Translations under genes and position numbers: made by a program | Assembly: GCA_002633005.1 (NCBI GenBank) | Contig: NMRA01000245.1 | Coordinates: forward strand, 186,001 to 250,000 | Length of the DNA stretch: 64,000 nucleotides | Direction of reading: 5' to 3' | DNA from: Phoronis australis | Taxonomy: Eukaryota > Animalia > Phoronida | The notes under the pieces: generated by a model | Seen by the model: only the letters and a program-made list of their open reading frames with translations | Told to the model about the DNA's origin: nothing | Databases searched by the model: none | Shown: in pieces, positions 41,801 to 53,800 of the stretch | How the letters are laid out: each line of letters opens with the position of its first letter | Numbering within the stretch: the first letter of the stretch is position 1

Positions 41801-44800
41801 CTTGTATGTCCTGAGGTGTGCTTCATTAGCTGATGAGTTTGCAATTAGTTGAACTGTGTGGGAATAGGCTTGACTTATTGATCTTGGTTAATAGTTTCTT
41901 AGGAGTGTGGAATACACAAGTGACATTGTTGTGTTGTATGTTTTATCATTAGATGATTAAATGAGTACTTGCGGGGTGGGTTGTTGTATTTTCATAGGCA
42001 AATGAAAATAGTGAACAGTTTGAAGATGCCTACCGTAGATAAAAATTCGTACAGACATGCTGTTGGCAAAGAGAGAAAGCCAGTGTGGGCATGTCTGCCC
42101 ATAAATTGTCCACCATTCACTTTTATTCTATGTTGTGGAGGTTTTGTGTTCAGAACTGTTGTCTGGAGTGCCTTTTGAGAAATTGGCTTTTTGTTACGCT
42201 GCATTGTCACATGAGGCTCGTGTCCATCATATGCAACCAAGTGCAAGACGCTAGTATGGAAAAGGAATTTTGGCAGTTGAGCATGATCTAACTCAGAGGT
42301 ATTGAGGTATTGAGGTACACCAAATGTGGTGAAGACGCAACAGTGATGTATACGTACTGCTTTGATGCGCACACGGTCAAACTCACGGTATCTTTGTCAA
42401 TCCCGTAAAAAATAACGAACATACGGGTATTATCAATAAATATACCAGGGGTATTGACGTAGCAAACAGACGACACCGTTGTGTCTTGCATACCAAGTAC
42501 ACTGGGACCCTATAATAAAATTTAGAACGTCATATGTCAGGAATGGCTGATCGGATTTATGCTTTATGTAGTGTTTCCCAAAATGCTATTTAAATAACTT
42601 TTGCTCGACGGGTAGTCAAAAACAACTGTTTGTGAAAAAGTACAAGTTGCATAAAACGAAAACAAAATGACATTTATAAAAACTGTTATAGGGTTTTTGA
42701 GATTCCATCATGAGCATAAATGTCAAAGGAAATTTTGCCATGTTTTTGAAACTATTATTCGGATTTGGATGAACCTTTTTGACTGAATTGCTAAAAACAT
42801 GATGGCGTGATCCAGTTCATAATGCACAGGTGTAAAGTTAAAAATCTAAATCTTCAGGATTTGTACTTTCAGAAAATATTTAGTTTTATGAAATTAATTT
42901 CTATACTTTTATAGATATTTGGCTAAATCGTCAAACTTTTCAATAAGATTTTACGTATCCTTAAGGTATAAACATTTGCCCAGGTTTGGTAGCGAAGTAA
43001 CTATTGTAATTCTGCCCTGGTGTTGGGAATTAGATCTTCACATAGCTGTAATCTTACTAATCCTGTACTAGTAACCCGTTGCTTTGACTGGATGCAATTT
43101 TATCCTTGTGTCCGTTATATGTGGGTGCAAAAATAGAAATGCCTCGTTCTTGTCGCTTTCCCGGCACCCATCTCTAGTTATCTGTAACGGAAATAGTCTC
43201 ATATAACGTGCCCGTATTTTGAGAACCAGTTTGATGCCCGTTATTTAGTGAAGAAAACTGGTTCTCAAAATTCGTGCACGTTATATCAGACCATTACCTC
43301 TGTAACAGCTAGCTGTGGTAACAGGTCAATCTCTTCTTTCTCCAGGTTACCATTTTACTACGAGCTCAAGATCGTCTTTGTCTTATGGATGTTGTCTCCA
43401 GCTACGAAAGGCTCGAGTATACTCTACAGGAAGTTTGTTCACCCTCAGCTGATGAAGAGGGAAAAGGTGTGTGAAACCTTGTGTGGGGATTTCAACATTG
43501 TATGTACGGTTATCAAAGGCATGGCTTGTACACTTTTTGTACAAACCATCATTCAGGGTGGTTCATTATTGTTCTGTTCTTTTTTTCCAAAAGTGTATGT
43601 TATGGCCAATTTCTGGACAAAGATTGTTTCAGTACCCGAAGTCAATGAAATTTTTTGGTACATTTATTTAGCCTCGGCCTAGCTTTCAGTTTTCAATCAT
43701 TCAGGGTGGTTCATTGTTGTTCAGTTCTTTTTTTCCAAAAGTGTATGAGATAGCCAATTTCTAGATGAAGATTTTTTCAGGGCCCAAAGTCGATGATTTT
43801 TTTGGTACATTTATGTATCCTCGGTCTAGCTTCCAGTTTGCAACTGGCTTCATACATGCTGAAAATAGTCAAAGTTCCTGTCTTTGATTTCCTTATTTAC
43901 CGAGTTGATACTGGGACAGTCAGGCGAGTTGATAGTCGGACAATCAGGTGAGTTGATACTCGGAAAGTCAGGCGAGTTTGTACTGGGACAGTGAGAATAT
44001 CATTGCGTTACCATTACCCGGCAAACTTCATCATAGAATTATAAGAGAAGGGGACCAGTCTGCACCCTTGTAGTTGTTGGCAGGATTAGTCTTCGTTGTT
44101 AACTTACTCAGCATCATTTCTGTAGCCAATCATGTACCAGAATAGACTAGAGCCGTGAAGTCTCGCTTTGGTACAAGTTTATTTGATATTTTGTTATCAA
44201 TTTTAATCATAATGATATCAGTATCCATAACTTGTTCTTTGCTTGTTTTCAGTTTAAGGCAATCACTTCTTTATTAAGTAGCAGGAAAAGCTTTTGAGGA
44301 AATGTCATTCACATGAATGTTTTAACAATTTCCTTAAATTTGAATCGTTACAAGTACAGTATTTCCTGGCTCAGAATGTCTTGTGTAGGATTTGACAGCT
44401 CCTGCCTGTAGGGTCCTGTAATCTAATGCCTTCTGTATGACATTTGAACTTAACAAAACCATGTACTTGTTCCGTTAAAACAACAGCTGGCTGACTGTGT
44501 GCACAATCAATGTGCCTGGGTTTTTAATAACGTAAAAGTTGATTTTGTAAAACCTTCTGTCACACATTTATTCCGTATGACCAAAAACTTTAAAAAATGA
44601 CTGGAATACATCATGAGACTCTGTGATCAATGGCATATAAACAATTTTACTGTTCACCAGTAGTTATCAGTTTATCAGTACAAGATTTCAGGGCATATGC
44701 ATTGATATCCCATTTGTTTACTGTTCTAACTGTGTACCATCCATTTGTTGAATTCAGGACATCGATGAGTGTATAGACAAGGCAAGGACACAGGGTTACT

Positions 44801-47800
44801 CGGCTCTTGTTAAGCTGGGTAGCCAGGGTATTAACATGGCTATAAAGACAGCTATTACAGTAAGTACTGCGGGGTACGGTGATTCAGGGGATTCAGTGAC
44901 AAGATCCAATGTCATTTGTTTAATTAGTTCAGTGTTTATTTATTTATTCATGAATTTATTTACTAGAACGTCGTCGGAAAATAGAAAATAGCACAATAAT
45001 TAGCTTTAGGTGGTATAGAAGGCTTGACTACATGTCTGCCATTGTTTGTATTGTATTCTGGAAGATGTAGTGTCGTACTTCACCAATAGGGGTGTTTGTG
45101 ATGTCAGCCCAACTTCCAGTTTGAATAGTTGTTACTATGGAGATTATTCAAGCTGGAGAGTACCCTGGGTTGTTCAAACTTAGACTAATATTCAAGCTTT
45201 TAGAGCTTAATTGTGTAGTCAAGCTTTCATGCTAAGCTTGCATAACCTTGCTAGTAATGTGCCAGATATATTTCTTTTATCGCTCTTAAGTGTACAGCAC
45301 GAACTACATTTTCCGGTGCCAAGAGGCCATCAGGATTGTTTTCTTTCGGTCGCTAATCATTAAGAAACGAGCTTTGCTTGATATTGTCAGTTGGAATTGT
45401 GTTACCAACCAACAATTTTATTCAAGCTAGCGCGGCAGTGATTACCAAGAGGCCCGGTTGTCCGAGCTTGGATTCATTGTTGAAAAGGGTGATTGCCTCA
45501 ACAAGCTTAGTCAAGATTTTTACAAGCCTGAGTTGTTGTAATCCCAAGCTCACTACAGTTTAAGTCTCAATTAGTCCAGAATGCAGCAGTTCTCACATAT
45601 GTCAGTTAAACTGCCTTGTGTCAAAAACTAACTTTTGAGCTTGGCCACTTACTGTTGCAAAATTGGCCTACCATAGTCTTTCTTGCACTGATTAGAAATG
45701 ACATTCAGGCTTGAGTAGACCTGACAACTGGTCATTGCTTCAGGCCAGGCCTATTAACTTGCTCATCACAGGGGCTTATTTTCAATTGCCAACACAACTA
45801 GGACCATTAAGAGAACTCAAGGGGATTTATTGTAATCAACTTCAGTTATAACATGATAAGATTGGGAGGCTGTCTCTTTGGATGCACAAATATGCCTGTA
45901 AAAGAAATCCATGTTTGTAACTCCAGAACAGAGTTTTTAGCAGCTTTGATGACACTTTGGCAAAATGTGAGAGCATTGACCTGTATTTCTGATTTGTTAT
46001 GTAACAGTTCACTGCCTTACAAGTAGTGCCACCTGTGGTCTGGTAGCATGTGTCCAGGGAGCCACAGTCAATAACAGACATCTGTTCTGGTGTTGCCTTT
46101 TGTGTCAAAATTTATTGAGCTATTTCTCCGACACTGGTAAAAATCACTTCCAAATATTCTTAAAGGAGTTTTTGATTCATCGCTTTTACGGTCATCTGAG
46201 CACATGTCCTCAACAAATGCCGCATGCAGAGGCAAAATGCAAAACAAATCATGATTTATGTAAGGTGTGACGCATTTGAGATGGTTAAGCAAGTCACAAG
46301 GTGTCACTGTCACAAGTCTCGCATATGAACAATGCTATGTGTAGATAATGACAGGTACAAATCCAGAATAAGTATACAAGTGTCAAGTCATTAGAAGATG
46401 CCTATGAAATAGGAACAGTAATATTGAGATACTTTCACTGTGGCAGTGAATTGGCTTGCTTCATGTGGATTCAAACCACTGAAGTCAAAGGTGCTACAAT
46501 CCCACGTTCTATTAAAAATACATTTAAGTAGATCGTTATAAATCTGGGCCTGGGGTCCAACCCCTGTACTCAAAACCAGATTTAAAAAAACAATTGCATG
46601 TCACGCTTTGAGAACTGGAACAATGCGACGGGATTGGTTAGTTTCTAGTCTGAGTTCGGGTGAAGCTTGCTGATCTTCATAGCTTCATCTTGAATAATAA
46701 CAAACCGTTTTTCAGTCACTACTCCAGGCCCCAGGCTATAATCTTTGTGCTGTAAATCAAACTTGATATAATTTTTGTCTTTCTATTCTAGTTATTATAT
46801 AATTGTCTTATTACTTTGTGCTCGTAACATTATGGTTTATGCATACGTGTCTCTAGTCCAGGTTCTCACATGACGACTCGTAGATTCGAGGTACAAACTC
46901 GAGTGAAAACTCGATATTTTGTGTACAAACTCAAAATTTCAAGTTCAGACTCAAACTTTTAGCTTTGATGTTGGAGTCACCAAGTGCAAATTATGATTAG
47001 ACAGTTGTTCTTGTCAGTCATTACATATTTGAGCATATAATAATAGACACTTATCTTGAGTTTGCACAAAAGCAAATTTAAGAAAGTCTGGGCCCAGAAA
47101 TCATTTCTGTGTAAGAAAAACGTTGAGGTCGTTTTTTATGTTAAATTAAATGTTAGTTTTTGACACTAAGGTGGTTTTTTATGGTATGGTGTTCCTTTTA
47201 AAATTACCGCAGTTTCCATTGAGCCAGTTCACAACGCTCATGTCTGTTTTGCCCGTTACACAATCCTGGCCTCTAGACTTTACTGTCTTGTACTTAGAAC
47301 TGGTGTGACCCTTTTGACGACGTTGTTGTACGTGTGTAAGTTGCTGTTCTAGATGAGTGTCGCCACCTGGCAGGTGTCGGCTGTGGCATATGAAAAGCAG
47401 ATGTCAGAGCTGCGCGAAGAGTTGTCGAGAGAGGCCTCTATTGGCAGTAGTGAAGAACTACACCACCTAACTGAGGAGTCTGTGACTGAGTGTGATATTG
47501 AGCTGTCACCATCGAAGGAGTCAACGGCAGATTTGAGTCTAAATGAACAAACATCGAGTAATTCTGTCGACGATAATTATCTGAATACGTCGTTGTCTAG
47601 GCAAGAAAAATTAGCGATTAGCAAAGAGCTTGGACAAATGTCAAGAGAGACTATTGCTGAAGTGTTGAGGGAATTGTCACGGGAGGCAACTATGAATGAC
47701 TGGAATACTGATAGTGGAGATAACTACTGAGATGTGTCAAGGGAGACAACTGGAAACTGAACTTCAAAGAACACATGAAGGAGTGATTAAAGATGGTGAC

Positions 47801-50800
47801 CCAAAAAAACTGTTCAAGAAGTTTAAAGAGATATGCGCAGATCTGAGACCTATGGATGTTATTTTTGAATGCGTGTTAAGTAAATAATAATAATGACATC
47901 TTAGAAGAGTGTGTGCGTAAGTTTATTGTACCTATAATGAACTTTTGGTTTCCTTTAGGCCATCAGTCAGTTGAGGTCTAATGTAGTAAGTGGGTGCTTG
48001 CTTGTCACACATTTTAAAGCAGCTTTGTTCTGTTGCAAGCAGTTGAGCTTTACATGCATAGTCTCCTGAGCTAGCACCAGCCTATGGAACTGCACACAAC
48101 CCAGCGTAACAGAGAGTCATTCAGGGTGTTCAAATTCTGGGGTCAATTGTCGCATGACATTCAATGAAAATTTGCATTTAGTGATCCTGAGCATCATTTG
48201 CCTCTAATGTAATCCCACTTACTGGTCAGTTCCTTTCTATGGCAGTAACTGCCGTTGAGTTGTAAGTACTTGTGCACTGAATAACCAATAAGACTGCACT
48301 TATCTGTCACGCTCATGTCCACGATACTTTGAATAAAGCACAGAATGACAACCAAGAGTGTTCTAGCCAATAACCAACGAAATGATTATCAGTTTTCAAT
48401 TTAAAGTTAGGTGTCGACATTGCTCTTGTTGGCCATTGTTTTTAAGTTTCCCTAATCTGCCCATGGGTACCTTGGTTTCTGGGAAAGTGACACATCCCAG
48501 GATGTGTTACGGTGTCCATTTGAACACCTTGGATGGGCTCTAAATCAGTAGTATTCCTGAGTTCCCCTAAAACTTGCAGTAAGGTCAAGTATCACGTGAA
48601 CTACCATGTCACCCTGGAGTATTGATATCATCACTTAAAACGCTCCTCGTTGCACTTACTACAGGATGTAAATAGCCCAGGACACAATTTTAAGTGCTGC
48701 ATTAAGAGAATCTTGCCACGTTTAATTGCACAAGCATCTGCCGTTGACAAGACATGGTCCCAGGTGTATTGTTTAAGTGTTCATCTCGGCATAATGTTGG
48801 GGCGCTTATAGAATTTAAAATTAGCTGTACATACGGTTTTTCACTTATTTAACACGCAATATGGCCGACATGTGAAGTTGTATTTTGTTGAATTTCTTCA
48901 CAAAAGTAACCATTTTAATCATTGGTAACTTTTAGTCTAATTCTGGCATTGATTGTACAATGTGTTCACCACTTGTAGTAAATTAATTAGCCTTTGAAAT
49001 GTGAAAGAGTGACAAACTAAGTGGTGAATTACCTTACAGTTTATCAGTTATAGCTGCTCGTTTGTGAAATTGGACGGGGTATTGTTAAAGTGAATTGCAA
49101 GACAAAACAGCAATTATATAAAAATCTTCTTGGGCCATTACCACGAAAATTCTTATATTGCAGATGACAGTGGAATCTTAACCATGGGATCTCGTATTAT
49201 TTATGCATTTTTAAAATGTGGTGTCACAGACTTATTTATTTTACTTGATCGAACAGTTTATGTAAAATACAGATACAATGCGAAAGACTGTTAAAAATTG
49301 TTTGAAACTAAGACATTGCCTCACTCTTGTATGTTTAGAGCCAGACGAAGCTGGTGGATCAGTTGAAAAAGAGTTACAGTATGGGGGACATATCAAGTGC
49401 CGGCAGGGATGGTTCGGAGGAGAGAGACAGCGATGGCGTAGGTGAGACACGGCCAAGCTTAATTTGTTCGTTTAAACACATCCTGGTATCGGGAAAATGT
49501 TAGAATCAGGCAGCTAGGAGTTTTCAGCCACTGAGTGCAGTAGCAGTCGTGTTTACTTCTTGGCAGCGCTAAAAAAAATTAGGTCTGAAGTTGCTGGACC
49601 CAAATTTGGTGTATAAGATGAAAAAATTCCAATTAAATTGAATCCGTTGTGTTTTATATATCGAAGTGAATCATGATCTATCACTTGGGTACAAAAGATC
49701 CCCAAAGTTTTGGGTCCTTGCATTCTCTTACTATAAGTGTGAACATTTTTAATAGGGGATCTTCATAAAAAATTTGATTGCGATTATTAGAAAATGGAAG
49801 AACATGAAGCTTTAGGTATTTTTTGTACCTGGTTCAAAGGTCACGATTCGTTTCAATGTATAACCTACAAAAACTTGATTTAATTTAAATTTTAACTGTC
49901 TTTTTCACAAAACTTGCGTTCAGCAAGTTTAACATTGGAATATCAAATCTGATTGCAGGGAGCTGAGGTGTGTCAAAGTGAGACAAAAGTCAACTGTGAA
50001 GTAATCTTTAACTAAAGCTTATTGTGCTTTCTATGAATGTTCTCTTATTTATTTGGTTATTTCCAATGTTTTATGTGTTTTCCTCTAGACAATCGTTTCA
50101 TTGAAGAAGAGCTGAGTTTGAGGCGCGAGCCAATAGTGGAAGAAGAAACGAGTGAAGAGACATCTGTAAAGCCCGTGTATAGTGCAATGATGGCTGAGGA
50201 CGGTTAGTTGTGTCATGATTTGTTGTTCGTGCCAAGAATTGTACAATGACACTTGGTGTACCTCAAAATCCAACTGCAGTGTAAATAGTCCCGAGTGGCT
50301 TGTGTTTCTGCTGCCTGCTGCTCAAACAAGTAGTGGTGGATCTGGCATTTGGATGGTTATCCTTAAATCCTATGGACATTCATTTGGATGGTTATCCTTA
50401 AATCCTATGGACATTCATTTGGATGGTTATCCTTAAATCCTATGGACATTCATTTGGATGATTATCCTTAAATCCTATGGACATTCATTTGGATGATTGA
50501 CCTAAAATCTGTTAAACTTTATGTTATACTGAAAGGTATATTAAAAACTGAAGTTTTAAAACTCAGTTGTGTCCATGCATTATGTGTGGGTTAGGAAATT
50601 GAACAATCTGGGACTGGGTGTTAAGCCATGCGTGAGCGTTTGGAAACTTTATTTTTGAGAAGTTGGGGGGTGGGCATTTACAGTCAATCTGCTCATACAA
50701 ATGCCTTTACCGTTTTTTTTTTGCTGATGAGTACATACACAAAACTTACCGAGAGTGGTGTAGATGAAGTAATATCCCACGAGACATTATTCCGCGTATT

Positions 50801-53800
50801 GATACGCGGAATAATGTCTCGTGGGATATTACTTCATGTACGCCAATCGAGGTAGGTTTTGTATTTATCCCATATTCTTCGAATTCCTAAGTTTCTTCCA
50901 CTTTTTCAGCAGATTTTTTAAATACTTCACTCAGACTGTGCACGTGACGAATCACATACTATATTATGTAGTTGCGCTTTATTTTGCAAGTTTTCTCTAG
51001 TAAAAGAAACAGTTTTAAATGTAATAATTTATTACTTGAAAAGAGATAGTAAAGATGAAAACATCGGTAACTGTGCATTGAACTTGTAGCATCTGCTGAA
51101 AATAGTTAAATATTAACAACATTTGATATTGTAGTTACCGAGGAATCGTCGCCTGAGTTGCAGACGATATAATATTTAGCAATTCAAAACTAAGACAGAA
51201 GTGTCATATAATTAACAGTCCTGTTCCAGATGTTACGTTTGGGACCTGATTGCATGTTGAGTGTTATTTAAACTGCTGCAACTGTATTACTTAAAATAAT
51301 ATTCGGAAAGTTTGATGATCGAACCAGTTAACGATGTTGAGTCGACATTGACCTACCTTTTGAACTTGCCATGTCAGAGGTCACTGTTGAAGTAGTGCGG
51401 GAGGTGAATACGGAAAACATTATTACATGGTCGTATTGCGCTCGACAGATTCAATGCGTATGGGATAAAATATGATCTTAGAATATTGTAAAGTTTCTTT
51501 AAATTAGAACGCAATGTGGCGAACATTGAAATTTATCAAAATTTTTATTAAGAGTTAATGAGAAGACAATTTTACTTCATTATTTGAAAGCTTTGTATAG
51601 TATGGCTGTAATCAACAAACAATGGTGAAATGTTGGGCTTTGGAAAACGTAGAAATGACATTTCAGCCATTATTCAGTAAAGAGTGGATGTTTTCCACCC
51701 AAATATGGCAATGTACCCCTGAAAGTGATTTGAAAATTTCATGGGGGTCGTTGACTCAGGCCAGTACGCTTATTTTTCACTCCTGTACAATAATTGTGCA
51801 TGTGTATATACTCTAGTAATGAGAGCACCTTTCTGGTTTGATTCCAGATAAATACCTCCGTAATATTGTGTTGTACCTCTAGCCTGCACATCACCGTCTC
51901 CCTTTAAACTCGAGTCGTCGTTTTGCGTTACAGATTACGAGGATTTAGATGCTCCTGTAGGCATGACAACATCCAAGTCTGCCGCCTCGGGTCTGTCAAC
52001 AAGTACAAGGCCATCAACGAGGTCACGTGATAAGAATGCAGGTCTTCGCCGTGCCTACTCTCACAAAGAGGTGATTTAATCTCTAGTTTCCACTCTTCAT
52101 ATTTTTTGTTAGAAAAATAATTTAATCCCTAATGGCAGTCAAACATTCCCACCTGTATCAGTGTTTCTGTGTTACCAACTAGGCTTGATCAGGACTAAAG
52201 GTCAGGACCAACGAGTTTGTAGGGTAAGCTCAGAAGTGTCAAGGTTGTTTTCTAGATTTCAATTAAGTAACCGTGGAAGTGAATTTAGTCTAAATTATTT
52301 CATGAAATTTTTTGTTCCTTGTTCTTCAGGACTTGGAATTTTCCTCTTTAAAAAGGACTTCCTCTTTTTTGGTTTCGATTTCCTCTGATTTGATTTCCAG
52401 TTTCTTCTTTTTCCTCTCTTTTTGTCATTATTTTGAGTTTATTCATGCAAAAACGTTTATTTCGGTTAAATTTTACAACAAAAAATGTTTGTATTACACA
52501 ACCCTATTTATTTCTGCAACGATACATCACGTGGAAAATTTTCCTCTTTTTTGTCATTAGTCATTACAATCCCTAGTTGTTGTCCTGTTGGCCCAGTTTC
52601 AGAAGCAGTGGCGTTTGGCATCGTAATGTTATCATGTGTCTTAGTTTTATTGTATCATTGAGTAAGTGTCAAGTTGTATTTTGGAAAAAACATTAGCAGA
52701 GTTTGATTTTTTAATTATGTCACCAACCTTTTCTAGTCCTTGCTTATCTCACTGAACTATTCTGATTTGTGTCAGAGTTATGAAAGCCTTATTGGGTCTT
52801 CCCAGTGGTGACTACATTAAAGGTACATTGTTTACCCCCGCGTGCCAGCTGGACTCTTCGTTTTGTCCCAGCGTTCTGCTATTGACTCCTCCCCTCTCTT
52901 TCATTCAGTTAGGTCATTGATAGATGTCTTTAGTGAGTACCCACCGTCTGCATTGTGTTCTATTTGGCAACAGTTCGTGTTAATGAAGTGTTGGCCATTC
53001 AAGTTGGAATCTAACTTTGTTGTTCGGTTTAATTAATTCTAATTTGATGCGTGGTATCAGTCATGCGATTGATAGGTCTGTTGTAACTAAAATCAAAACC
53101 GAGATTGCTGCTGGATGTGTCATACCAAACCCCAAAAGTATTTTAAGTTTATGTTTTCTAACACCACGTTATCATATTCAGAAAAACACCTGAACACTTA
53201 CAGAATTCCTGGAACCGTATGTGAAATGTCAGGATAAAAAAGTGAGTCCAGGTGTGGTAACCAATCCACAAAATATACGTATAGCGGAATCTAAGATTCC
53301 GATTTCATGTAGATAACAAAGTGTACTAAATCTTAACTGGATTCATTTGAGATGGACGTTGGCAGAAACATTTATCCTGTTTTAAAATAAATACCTTTCC
53401 AAATCAAAATACATTTAACAACTTGAGCCCCAGAGACCCAGTTAAACTGGGATTTTAGTGTTGTATACACCAATCATGAATTGATCCCAGATATGTCTAC
53501 ACCTCTTTCGTGTCGATATTTACCAAAGGAAATCTTGGTACTTACTGAAAGATTTATAATCTAAAAGGCTACCGTTTTCGTCTGGTAGTTCAAACACACA
53601 TTTTACGGGCTTATTATCCCGTGATTTCAAACATATTGGATTTTCTCATTTTTAGCTGTATTCTCTGAATACCGATAAACCCATAAAACTTTTATGATGT
53701 ATTCGTTTTTTAGAACAAAGCTCACTATAATATGTACCTTCAGACTGCCACCAGTGCAAAAAAAACTTGTTTAAGATTTACAAGCTAGCTATGAATATGT

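Noticed and set aside
47728-47778. In-frame TGAs as selenocysteine codons
   Set aside because: No SECIS element recognised and no Cys-homologous context; truncation or decay is simpler.
47696-47887. [13 protein letters not shown] resembling the segment before STE20/PAK kinase domains
   Set aside because: No glycine-rich loop or other kinase motif follows; too short to be significant.
49438-49443. Upstream donor GGC|GTAGGT for REEP exon 6
   Set aside because: Phase 0 is incompatible with phase-1 exon 7, whereas the donor at 49442 keeps the frame; minor use is not excluded.
50346-50509. 35-bp repeats as a CRISPR array
   Set aside because: Units are contiguous with no spacers, there are no cas genes, and the context is a eukaryotic intron.
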